This document shows, in pieces, positions 19,251-27,724 of a stretch of 42,418 bases of DNA. The stretch's first letter is position 1. Every line of letters begins with the position of its first letter. This DNA is from an uncultured Planctomycetia bacterium (lineage in GTDB: Bacteria; Omnitrophota; Gorgyraeia; Duberdicusellales; Duberdicusellaceae): positions 1 through 42,418 of the forward strand of contig CAZSRG010000004.1 in the NCBI GenBank assembly GCA_964609315.1, written 5' to 3'. The translations under genes were made by a program, and so were the position numbers. The notes beneath the pieces were generated by a model. The model made no database searches. It saw nothing but the letters and a program-made list of their open reading frames with translations, and had not been told where the DNA came from.

Positions 19251-20486
19251 CTAACAGAGTGAATCTATCTTGTCTCTAATCCCACAGCCTTCCCCTTCTG
19301 TTATCACCCGCAGGTTATCCTTCCGCCTGATAATTTCAACTTTCCCCTTCTTAGACTGTTTCTTGCCCACCACTATCAAGAAAGGAATCCCTATCAGATA
19401 GGAATCTTTAAACTTTACGCCTGAATATCCAGGCCTGTCGTCAAAAAGAACATCAAGGCCTGCCTCCTTAAGAGAAGAGTAGATACCTTCCGCGAAGGAA
19501 AACACATCCTTATCCTCAGTATTCAGACAGATAACCTCCGCGTCAAAAGGAGCAATGTTAACCGGCCATTTTATCCCGTCTTTATCGTAATTCTGTTCAA
19601 TAACAGCGGAAATTATTCTGCTTACCCCTATACCGTAACATCCCATAATAAGAGGTAAACGCCTGCTTTTATCATCAAGGAAATCCGCTCCTAATTTCCC
19701 GGAATATTTTACTCCTAACTTGAAAATATGCCCCAACTCCAAAGCTTTCTTTTCTTCAACAGGGCGATTCGAACATTTAGGGCATTGTTTCCCGTCCTTA
19801 AAATAAGAACCGCATTTACCGCAGTATAAGAGTATATCTTCTCCTGAATCAGCAGGGGCTAAAAATTCATGAGATTTACTCCCCCCTATAAATCCTGTAT
19901 CCGCCTCCAAAACGGCTGTATCCACACCGCACTCTTTAAATATTTCCTTATAGGCTGACAGTATGAGTTCATAATTATGATCCAGCCCTTCCCCTGTAGA
20001 ATCAAAACTATAGGCATCTTTCATAACAAACTCGCAACCTCTGATAAGCCCGGACTTAGGCCTGACTTCATCACGGAACTTGGACTGAATCTGGTAAAGT
20101 ATTAAAGGAAGCTGTTTATAAGAAGATATATATTTAGAGGCTAAATCGGTTACAACCTCCTCATGAGTAGGGCCTAAACACAGTTTTCTTCCGCGGCGGT
20201 CTTCAAACTTAATCATCACCTCGCCTAAAAGTTTATCTCTTCCGGTCTTGGACCATAATTCTAAAGGCTGCAAAGCCGGCATTAGAATTTCATTAGCGCC
20301 GCGGAGGTTCATATGTTTCCTAATAATATTTTCTATCTTTCTTAAAACCTTCAGCCCCAAAGGGAGATAGGTATATATACCGGAAGCTAAAGAAGAAATT
20401 AACCCCGCTTTCAAAGAAAGATTAAAAGAGATACTTTCTTCTTTTACTTCCCTCAGAGTAGGTATCAAATATTTTGAAAACCGCAC
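19251..20486 (-). CDS. proS: proline--tRNA ligase, bacterial type, lacking the INS editing domain
   Basis: 411 aa with class II motif 2 (FRDEVRPKSGLIRGCEFVMKDAYSF), motif 3 (GCYGIGVSRII) and a C-terminal anticodon-binding domain. A short CGKC...CPKC insert sits where INS normally lies. GTG start. Confidence 0.85.
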   Translation of the reverse strand: MRFSKYLIPTLREVKEESISFNLSLKAGLISSLASGIYTYLPLGLKVLRKIENIIRKHMNLRGANEILMPALQPLELWSKTGRDKLLGEVMIKFEDRRGRKLCLGPTHEEVVTDLASKYISSYKQLPLILYQIQSKFRDEVRPKSGLIRGCEFVMKDAYSFDSTGEGLDHNYELILSAYKEIFKECGVDTAVLEADTGFIGGSKSHEFLAPADSGEDILLYCGKCGSYFKDGKQCPKCSNRPVEEKKALELGHIFKLGVKYSGKLGADFLDDKSRRLPLIMGCYGIGVSRIISAVIEQNYDKDGIKWPVNIAPFDAEVICLNTEDKDVFSFAEGIYSSLKEAGLDVLFDDRPGYSGVKFKDSYLIGIPFLIVVGKKQSKKGKVEIIRRKDNLRVITEGEGCGIRDKIDSLC

Positions 20487-20488
20487 AG

Positions 20489-21745
20489 CTATGCCTCCTT
20501 AAAGATATCTTCAGAAAAAGAAACTCCTCTCTTGAAAAACTTATCCATAAACTTAGGTTTAAGTCCGGTAGGTTTAAACCTTCCTAAAACCCTGCCTGAG
20601 GGATCAAACCCTTCCTGCTCAAAAACAAATAAGTCCCTGCACATAGATCGGTCTTCCCCTTCGGCCACCTCGCTTATGCGGGTAATCTTACGGGACCCGT
20701 CAACCAACTGGTCCTGCTGGACAACTAAATCCAAACCGTGCGAAATCTGTTTTCTTATTATCCATTCCGAAAGATTAGTCCCGGAATATAAAACCATAGT
20801 CTCTAAACGGTTAATGACATCTTCCGGCGAAGAAGCATGGATTACCGCCAGAGCCCCGGAATGGCCGCTGTTTAATGACTGGAGAAAGTCAAGAGCCTCA
20901 GCGCCGCGTATTTCGCCTAAGATAATCCGTGTAGGCCTCATACGCAAAGTATTTATAAACAGTTCCTTAGTAGTAATTTCTCCCCTGCCTTCAATATTCG
21001 GGCCTCGGGTAAGAAGGCGCACAACATGGCCCTGCCTAAGATGAAGTTCTAAGGCATCTTCAATAGTTATAATCCTCTCACTTGAATCAATGTACGAAGA
21101 AAGCACTTCCAAAGTAGTGGTCTTACCCACGCCGGTAGCTCCTGAAAAAACAATATTTACTTTTGCTTTAACACAAGCTTTGAGAAATACCGCCATATCA
21201 TTGTTGAGAGTCCCCATTTCAGTTAAATCTTCTATTTTCTCTATCTGTTTCAAAAACTTTCTTATTGTAATACTGGCCCCTCCGACAGATAAGGGAGGAA
21301 GAATCACATTCACCCTGGAACCGTCAGGAAGGGAAAAGTCAACATAGGGATAAGACTCATCTACTCTCCTTCCGGTGGGCCTTATCATCCGCTCAACTAT
21401 ATACCTTAAATGGTTTTCATCGTCGAACTGCACATCAGCAAGAGTCTTACGGCCGGATTTCTCAATATAAATCTTATGCGGGCCGTTTACCATAATTTCG
21501 GTAACATAAGGATCATCCGCAAATTTCTGAAGAGGGCCCCATCCCAAAAGGTCATTTACCAATTCTCCGGCCAGTTCTTCCTGCTCGGAAGAAGGTATTT
21601 CAACGCCCTCATCTCTCTGAATAACTTCAAATATCCTGCTTACTCTCTGCCGGACTTCACTCTCATCCAAAGCGTTATCTTTCATCTTTCCATACCCTAA
21701 GAACAACCTCTGCCTAAGAATCTTCTTTATTTCTTTTTTATCCAT
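20489..21745 (-). CDS. CpaF/TadA-family secretion ATPase, paralogue 2
   Basis: 418 aa with Walker A GATGVGKTT, ERIITIEDALE, PTRIILGEIRG and VIHAS. Its stop lies 2 nt before the proS start. Confidence 0.8.
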   Translation of the reverse strand: MDKKEIKKILRQRLFLGYGKMKDNALDESEVRQRVSRIFEVIQRDEGVEIPSSEQEELAGELVNDLLGWGPLQKFADDPYVTEIMVNGPHKIYIEKSGRKTLADVQFDDENHLRYIVERMIRPTGRRVDESYPYVDFSLPDGSRVNVILPPLSVGGASITIRKFLKQIEKIEDLTEMGTLNNDMAVFLKACVKAKVNIVFSGATGVGKTTTLEVLSSYIDSSERIITIEDALELHLRQGHVVRLLTRGPNIEGRGEITTKELFINTLRMRPTRIILGEIRGAEALDFLQSLNSGHSGALAVIHASSPEDVINRLETMVLYSGTNLSEWIIRKQISHGLDLVVQQDQLVDGSRKITRISEVAEGEDRSMCRDLFVFEQEGFDPSGRVLGRFKPTGLKPKFMDKFFKRGVSFSEDIFKEA

Positions 21746-21767
21746 TCCACCATCCCCCGCTACTATT

Positions 21768-21903
21768 CAAACTCTAAATCCTAAACTCGAAACTCTAAAC
21801 TCTAAATAAATCCCAAACTTAAATCTTTTAAACTCAAAACAATAAATATAATACTCTTTGTTTTGGGTTTTGGGTTTTGGATTTTGTGCTTTCTTCATTT
21901 TGA
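21768..21903 (+). repeat. family-1 element, subtype B, left part (interrupted by X1)
   Basis: Ends ...ttcttcattttgag, then GTTAAC of X1 begins. The expected continuation (a)gaatttaggatttagaattt resumes at 22113. Confidence 0.85.
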
Positions 21904-22112
21904 GTTAACCGGGAAAATGCTGTTGAGTGTGCGAAATATCCATAACACCTAGTAATCTAAATAATTACATTAAACGGACGTTGTATTAAAAAGTACACAG
22001 CATTTTCCCCGTAGGTAACCTCAGTCCTATCCGCCTTTCCCCCGCCTACGGCGTGGTAAACGCGGGGCTGACCCTGCGGGCAAATAATGCTAACCGCATT
22101 ATTTGGGTTAAC
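21904..22112 (+). repeat. element X1: 209-nt candidate structured RNA or miniature mobile element bounded by GTTAAC
   Basis: GTTAAC at both ends. A perfect 13-bp long-range stem pairs 21911-21923 (gggaaaatgctgt) with 21997-22009. Terminal 10-bp hairpin at 22081-22105. Homologous in reverse complement to 41607-41884. Confidence 0.8.
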
Positions 22113-22136
22113 AGAATTTAGGATTTAGAATTTCTA
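22113..22136 (+). repeat. family-1 element right-arm remainder after the X1 insertion
   Basis: agaatttaggatttagaatttc matches the right arms at 19195-19214 and 28580-28594. Confidence 0.8.
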
Positions 22137-22168
22137 TTTCTAACTCCCTTTATCCTCATTACCTTACA

Positions 22169-23224
22169 TCAATGGGAAACTTCTATATATTTTAAAAGGA
22201 TGCCCAAAGCTTCTTCTTCTCTTACTCTTCTTAAAACTTCCCCCTTTTTAAACAGCATACCGTATCCTTTACCAAAGGCTATGCCGATATCAGCAGAAAC
22301 AGCTTCACCCGGCCCGTTTACAGGACATCCCATTAAAGCGATACTGATATCTTTATTATAAAAACTATTACGGTTTTTATAAAGGATTTCTTTAAACTTT
22401 TCCACCTTCCCCTTAAGATCAACTCTACAGCGGGAACAGGTCGGGCAGGATATAATCTCCGGAGAAAACCTGCGCAGAGATACCCCCTGAAGAAGTATTT
22501 TAGCCGCCTTAACTTCCTCAAAAGAATCAGCGTTTAAAGACAACCTAACCGCATCCCCTATACCTTCATAAAGCAATATACCCAAAGCCGAAGAACTTTT
22601 TATTAACCCCTCCGTATAAGGCCCAGACGCGGTCAGCCCCAAATGCAAAGGGTAAGGAAACTTCCTGTAAAGAGAACGGTTTACCAAAACAGTGGAACTC
22701 AAACTATGGGTCTTAGCAGAAAGCATAATATTTTTAAAGCCTTCTTTCTCCATAAATCTTACATATCCTGATATTTTATTAAGCATAAGATCAGAAAGCT
22801 GTTTATCAGAAACTCTCTTTCTAAAGCCTCCGGAATTAATCCCTACCCGTATAGGCACCTTATTAATCAATGCCGCTCTTACAACTTCCCGAATCTCTTT
22901 CTTTTTGTATATGTTCATAGGGTTAAGCCTCAAAGCATCTATACCTAAATCTAAAGCGGACAAAGCTAACCGGTAGTCAAAATGGACATCCGCTTCTAAA
23001 GGAACAGATACTGTTTTCTTAATCCTCTTTACAACCCCTGAATGGCTCTTTCTCTCAAAAGCTACCCTTATAATCTCACACCCTTCTTTCTCAAGCCGCG
23101 AAGCTTCTCCTATAACTCTCTCAGGGTCATTCAAAGAAGATTTAAGCATCCCTTTTACCACTACAGGGTTATCTCCTCCGACTTTAATTCCGCCTACTTG
23201 TACAACTCTTTTATTCCTTCTCAT
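22169..23224 (-). CDS. ispG: 4-hydroxy-3-methylbut-2-en-1-yl diphosphate synthase
   Basis: 351 aa. GcpE-like TIM-barrel region and C-terminal CPTCSRC...GCPVNGPGE Fe-S motif. Confidence 0.9.
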   Translation of the reverse strand: MRRNKRVVQVGGIKVGGDNPVVVKGMLKSSLNDPERVIGEASRLEKEGCEIIRVAFERKSHSGVVKRIKKTVSVPLEADVHFDYRLALSALDLGIDALRLNPMNIYKKKEIREVVRAALINKVPIRVGINSGGFRKRVSDKQLSDLMLNKISGYVRFMEKEGFKNIMLSAKTHSLSSTVLVNRSLYRKFPYPLHLGLTASGPYTEGLIKSSSALGILLYEGIGDAVRLSLNADSFEEVKAAKILLQGVSLRRFSPEIISCPTCSRCRVDLKGKVEKFKEILYKNRNSFYNKDISIALMGCPVNGPGEAVSADIGIAFGKGYGMLFKKGEVLRRVREEEALGILLKYIEVSH

Positions 23225-23237
23225 ACATTACCTGAAA

Positions 23238-24305
23238 TTACTTCTTAAAAAGACCCTGGCCGAACCTCATAACATCATTATACATAACCAAAGTTACCAG
23301 TATAATTAAGAAAGTTATGCCTATTCTGGAGATAATCTCCTCTGTCCTTGAAGAAAGAGGCTCCCCTCTTATTTTTTCTATCATAAGAAAGAAAATATGC
23401 CCTCCGTCCAAAACAGGCAGAGGCAAAAGATTAAAAACAGCCAAACTCATACTTAAAAGCGCCATAAGGTGAATAACTGCCGCAACCCCGATATGAGAAG
23501 CCTGTTTAGTTACATAGTAAATACCCAAAGGCCCGGTGAAAGTATCCCTTAAAGGCAAGGCGCCAATGATGACATACCCCAGAGCTTTCAAAGTCATCCA
23601 GGTAAACCCGAACAGAGAAGACACACCCTTACCTACAGCTTCAAAAAAAGGGTATTTGAGCTTAACAACTTCATCTGAAGGACGTATCCCTATAAAAGAA
23701 AGGGTATGCTTTTTCTTAAAAATATCTGTCTTTTCCTCTCTCTTAGGATGAAGGACAAACTGTTTCTTTTCCCCCGCTCTCAATACAGTCAGAATCAGAG
23801 ATCCTTCCTCTGTATTATGGATTATGCCCGAAACATCCTCCCATGTTTTAACATCCTTTCCATCTATATTTAAAATCAAGTCCCCCTCTTTTATCCCTGA
23901 GGCTACCGCGGGATAACCGTCAACCAATTTGCCTACACGGGAAGAAGGAACCGGAAACCCTATTAAAAAGACAAGTATAAACAAGAACATAGCTAAAATA
24001 TAATTGAACAAAGGCCCTGCCGCTATCACTAATCCCCGTATAAAAAGAGGCTTGGATAAAAAATCAGACTTAAGCCCTTTGGTTTCCTCCGGAGAAAAAC
24101 CTGCCAGTTTAACATACCCCCCCCAAAGAACAGCGCAAATAAGAAAATCAAAGCTTTGAAACTTCTTCCTGTATAACACAGGACCGAACCCAATAGAAAA
24201 GACATCAACTTTTATACCTGAGGCTTTAGCTGTAATAAAATGGCCGAACTCATGAATAACTATAAGAAGGCCTAAAGTAAATATAAAAATCAATAAACTC
24301 ATCAT
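23238..24305 (-). CDS. rseP: RIP zinc metalloprotease (site-2 protease) RseP
   Basis: 355 aa with HEFGH, a central PDZ-like region and an NLLPLPVLDGG motif. Confidence 0.87.
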   Translation of the reverse strand: MMSLLIFIFTLGLLIVIHEFGHFITAKASGIKVDVFSIGFGPVLYRKKFQSFDFLICAVLWGGYVKLAGFSPEETKGLKSDFLSKPLFIRGLVIAAGPLFNYILAMFLFILVFLIGFPVPSSRVGKLVDGYPAVASGIKEGDLILNIDGKDVKTWEDVSGIIHNTEEGSLILTVLRAGEKKQFVLHPKREEKTDIFKKKHTLSFIGIRPSDEVVKLKYPFFEAVGKGVSSLFGFTWMTLKALGYVIIGALPLRDTFTGPLGIYYVTKQASHIGVAAVIHLMALLSMSLAVFNLLPLPVLDGGHIFFLMIEKIRGEPLSSRTEEIISRIGITFLIILVTLVMYNDVMRFGQGLFKK

Positions 24306-25444
24306 TTACCCGCTATCTCTTTCACTTTATCCGCCGCCCACCTGCTCCAGTATAAAACATCATCCAGGTTCTGTAAATCCCTGCCTTGGTGTGAATCAAC
24401 TGTCCTTTTCACAATATCATAGATCTGGAGAAATTTTATCCTTCCTTCCAAATAAAGGCTGACAGCTTTCTCATCAGCAGACACAAATACAGAAGGGTAA
24501 CTTCTCTGTTTTTCGGCAACATAGTAAGCCAGCTTTAGAGAAGGAAACTTTTTATAATCAGGAGACAGAAACTCCATTTTCCCAAACTTAGCCAGGTCTA
24601 AAGGCTTGGTAAAAGAAGGGCTTTTGCCTCCATCCAAGCCGGCGGAAATAGGTATCCTCATATCCGAAGAGAAATAAAAAGCTGTAACTGTTTTATCTTC
24701 CCTTTCTATCAAAGCGTGTATTATCGACTGAGGGTGAATCAAAACTTTTATTTTCTCAACCGCTATACCGAACAACCGGCTTATCTCCATAACTTCAAAC
24801 CCTTTATTCATCAGAGTAGCCGAGTCTACTGATATCTTCCTCCCCATTCTCCATACCGGATGAGAAAGGGTTTCTTTCAGAGAAACCTTTCTAAGAAACT
24901 TCCTGTCTTTACGCAGAAACGGCCCTCCGGAAGCGGTTATATAAACCTTATCCGTTTTTCCGGATGAGGACTCCAAAAGATTCCGGACAGCCCATGCCTC
25001 GCTGTCAACAGAGATAATTTGAGAAGAAGACTTTCTCCTCGCTTTATCAAACATCTCTCCGGAAGCGATAATAGCCTCTTTATTGGCTAAAAGTATCTTC
25101 TTAGCTTTTCCCAGACTGCTGAACAGAGGTTTAAGCGCCGCTAATCCCGATATCCCTAAGACTAAGATATCGCATACAGACGATGAGAGTTTAAGCAGGC
25201 CTTCTTCTCCGGCTGATACTTTAGCAGAAGAATTATTCTTCAACTTAAGGTAATCGTCCTTAAGGCCTATATTTATGTATTTAGGCTTAAACTCCTCTGC
25301 CTGTCTTAAAAGCAGTCTGGAATTCAGGTTTCCCGAAAGGCCTAAAACTTCAAACCTCCGGCGGTTTCTCCGGACAACATCCAAAGTATTCCTGCCTATT
25401 GATCCGGTAGAACCTAAAATTATTATTTTCTTCTTTTCAGCCAT
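24302..25444 (-). CDS. dxr: 1-deoxy-D-xylulose 5-phosphate reductoisomerase
   Basis: 380 aa with the GSTGSIG NADPH motif. Overlaps the rseP start by 4 nt. Confidence 0.9.
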   Translation of the reverse strand: MAEKKKIIILGSTGSIGRNTLDVVRRNRRRFEVLGLSGNLNSRLLLRQAEEFKPKYINIGLKDDYLKLKNNSSAKVSAGEEGLLKLSSSVCDILVLGISGLAALKPLFSSLGKAKKILLANKEAIIASGEMFDKARRKSSSQIISVDSEAWAVRNLLESSSGKTDKVYITASGGPFLRKDRKFLRKVSLKETLSHPVWRMGRKISVDSATLMNKGFEVMEISRLFGIAVEKIKVLIHPQSIIHALIEREDKTVTAFYFSSDMRIPISAGLDGGKSPSFTKPLDLAKFGKMEFLSPDYKKFPSLKLAYYVAEKQRSYPSVFVSADEKAVSLYLEGRIKFLQIYDIVKRTVDSHQGRDLQNLDDVLYWSRWAADKVKEIAGK

Positions 25445-25465
25445 ATCTCTCTCTATCCTCTAAGT

Positions 25466-25657
25466 GACAAATATATATACATCGCGCGCCCGATAAAAAC
25501 TCTAAACTCCAAATCCTAAATTCTAAATAAACTCAAAATTCAAATGTTCAAATGTTCAAAACAAACTTCTTTTCAATGAGTTATGAAGAACGTTTTGAAT
25601 TTTAATCATTTTGATTTTGGATTTGTTTAGGTTTTAGAGTTTAGGATTTAGGGTTTA
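25466..25657 (+). repeat. family-1 element between dxr and cdsA
   Basis: The left flank is identical in pattern to 1641-1680. Has ctaaa heptads, a caaatgttcaaatgttcaaaac centre and the right arm tttgtttaggttttagagtttaggatttagggttta. Confidence 0.85.
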
Positions 25658-25677
25658 CATGTCTGTGTATTCAATAT

Positions 25678-26514
25678 CTAAGGAATAAGGTGAACAAAAG
25701 AAATATTCTTAAGCATGGTAAAATAGAAATAAAAAACCGGAGCTGTAAATATCAGGCTATCTATCACATCTAATACCCCGCCCATACCCGAAATAAGCCT
25801 GCCCGAATCCTTAACTCCGCAGTCGCGTTTTATCAATGATTCAAACAAATCTCCCAACTGCCCTATCACGCTCAACACAAAAGACAGAAGGACAATCTGT
25901 CCCAAGTTTACCCCTTTAAGAAAGCCTCTAAACAAAACAGCAAAAAGAATACTTAACAATACCCCTCCTACCGCCCCTTCTACGGATTTTTTAGGGCTCA
26001 CCCTCTTAATAAGCGGCCTCCGGCCTAAGAACGTGCCAACAAGATAAGCGCCTATATCCTGAACCTTTACTACCGTTATCAGAAAAGCCAAAAGATAAAC
26101 CCCTCCTTCTAACGCCCTTATTCTTATAATAAAACTAAAACACCAGGACACATAAAGAACGCCGAATACAGTCCCCGACAGAGAAAGGATTGTCTCTTGA
26201 TTCTCTTTCCGGGTTAATTCTAAAAGGAATAATAAAAAAAGGCCTGATAATATAAAAAAAAGCTGCCACTCCCGGGTTACCGGGAAACGGAAGAATATTG
26301 AAAGGGGAATAATCCCCCCTAAAAAAAGGCCGAATATCTTAAATAATTTTACACCTTTCTTCTCCAGCATGGAAAAGAATTCCCAGAGGCCTAAAAGGGT
26401 AAGAAAAACAACTGTAATAAAACACAAAGGCTTTACAATAATCGCAGCAACACTCACCCCTATTAAAATAATCCCGCTTACAACTCTTTTTCTCATACTC
26501 TTAAACTTTGCCAA
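25678..26514 (-). CDS. cdsA: phosphatidate cytidylyltransferase
   Basis: 278 aa, polytopic, with a C-terminal SLIKRDCGVKDSG...GMGGVLDVIDS signature region. It deviates from the usual ...HGG..DR.D pattern as I remember it. Confidence 0.8.
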   Translation of the reverse strand: MAKFKSMRKRVVSGIILIGVSVAAIIVKPLCFITVVFLTLLGLWEFFSMLEKKGVKLFKIFGLFLGGIIPLSIFFRFPVTREWQLFFILSGLFLLFLLELTRKENQETILSLSGTVFGVLYVSWCFSFIIRIRALEGGVYLLAFLITVVKVQDIGAYLVGTFLGRRPLIKRVSPKKSVEGAVGGVLLSILFAVLFRGFLKGVNLGQIVLLSFVLSVIGQLGDLFESLIKRDCGVKDSGRLISGMGGVLDVIDSLIFTAPVFYFYFTMLKNISFVHLIP

Positions 26515-27226
26515 ACCTTCTCTCCCTCATTTTAAAAGAGTCCAGGGCTTTATCAAACTCTCCGGCTGTGAAATCGGGCCATAGGACATTGGTAAAATAC
26601 AACTCGGCATAAGCTATGCGCCAAAGCATAAAATTGCTTATCCGCTCCTCTCCTGAAGTGCGTATTAATAAGTCCACATCCGGAATAAACGGATCATAGA
26701 GATACCCTTGAAAGAACCTTTCATCTAAAGACTTTAGGCTTAAGGAACCTTCTTTAAAATCCTCCGCTATTCTCTTAGCAGCAAAAACGATTTCATCCCT
26801 CCCCCCGTAGTTAAAAGCTATGTTCAGGATGATTTTATCATTATCTTTTGTTTCCTCAACAGCTTCATCTATTCCCGATATTAAATCTTCAGGCAGGCCT
26901 CTTCTCGAGCCCATAACATTAAAGCGGATATCTTTATCACCCTTATTTTCAGACAGGTATTTTTTGAAAGAAGAGAACAAGAAATCAATTTCCTCCTTTG
27001 GCCTTGACCAGTTCTCGGTAGAAAAAGCAAACAAGCTCAGTATTCGGACTCCTCTATCCTTAGCAGATTTAATCACCTTTTGGACATTATCTATCCCTCT
27101 CTTGTGGCCAAAATTCCTGGGCAAGCCTCTTTTCTCCGCCCAACGGCCGTTCCCGTCCATTATTAAGGCTACATGATAAGGAACCGCTGATAATTTACTC
27201 ATTTTATTATTATTTTTTATCGCCAT
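26501..27226 (-). CDS. uppS: undecaprenyl (isoprenyl) diphosphate synthase
   Basis: 241 aa with IMDGNGRWA and the RTSGEERISNFMLWR motifs. Confidence 0.9.
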   Translation of the reverse strand: MAIKNNNKMSKLSAVPYHVALIMDGNGRWAEKRGLPRNFGHKRGIDNVQKVIKSAKDRGVRILSLFAFSTENWSRPKEEIDFLFSSFKKYLSENKGDKDIRFNVMGSRRGLPEDLISGIDEAVEETKDNDKIILNIAFNYGGRDEIVFAAKRIAEDFKEGSLSLKSLDERFFQGYLYDPFIPDVDLLIRTSGEERISNFMLWRIAYAELYFTNVLWPDFTAGEFDKALDSFKMRERRFGKV

Positions 27227-27290
27227 TAGCCATTCGCTATTCGCTCTTGGCTATTCGCTATTCGCTATTTGCCATTTGCCATTAGGCCCC
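27221..27290. repeat. degenerate heptamer tandem array (ccattag/ccattcg/ctattcg type)
   Basis: About 9-10 consecutive 7-nt units. The related short array ctatttgccattcgctattta lies at 1853-1875. Confidence 0.85.
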
Positions 27291-27318
27291 TATAAAAAAT
27301 TCGGGGGCTTAAGCCCCC
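27290..27318 (-). terminator. Rho-independent terminator after the OmpA-like/coiled-coil gene pair
   Basis: Perfect GGGGGC-TTAA-GCCCCC hairpin at 27303-27318, followed on the minus strand by GAATTTTTTAT. Confidence 0.7.
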
Positions 27319-27353
27319 TTTATTAGAAAAAACACTTGCTGTCCTGTTAAACC

Positions 27354-27722
27354 TTAAGGATTATCCTGATTAACTAACTCATCTTTCAAATTTTCTTCTA
27401 ACTTCTCTTTTAAACAGTTAAGCTTGTTAATTTCTTCCCGCAATTTTTCAATATTCCCGTCTTTCACAGCAACTTGAGCCTGGGACTGTTCCACCTCTAT
27501 CTTCAGTCTGTTGATTTCCTCATCCTGGCTCTTGATTAAATCGTTCTTTGCCTCCAATTTCTTACTAAGGGTATCTATCTTCTCTTCAGCTTTAATCCTG
27601 TCTGCTGTTTCTTTAGCCGCGATCTGATGCTGTTTACTAAAATGGTAGCCTAAAGAAAATATAACCACCAGCAAAACAAGAATTATTCCTGCTAATACTC
27701 CGATAAGAGGCGAATTTTTCAT
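27354..27722 (-). CDS. membrane-anchored coiled-coil protein
   Basis: 122 aa with one N-terminal TM helix followed by heptad-rich E/K/L sequence. Lies 2 nt downstream of the OmpA-like gene. Confidence 0.5.
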   Translation of the reverse strand: MKNSPLIGVLAGIILVLLVVIFSLGYHFSKQHQIAAKETADRIKAEEKIDTLSKKLEAKNDLIKSQDEEINRLKIEVEQSQAQVAVKDGNIEKLREEINKLNCLKEKLEENLKDELVNQDNP

Positions 27723-27724
27723 AA

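Noticed and set aside
21904-22112. X elements as a retron msr/msd, an integron attC site, or a known housekeeping RNA (tRNA, tmRNA, RNase P, SRP or 6S RNA).
   Set aside because: No RT or integrase gene is adjacent. The GTTAAC ends do not fit the RYYYAAC/GTTRRRY attC cores. I could not find the conserved boxes of tmRNA, RNase P or SRP RNA, or a tRNA T-loop. The retron-like closing stem alone is insufficient.
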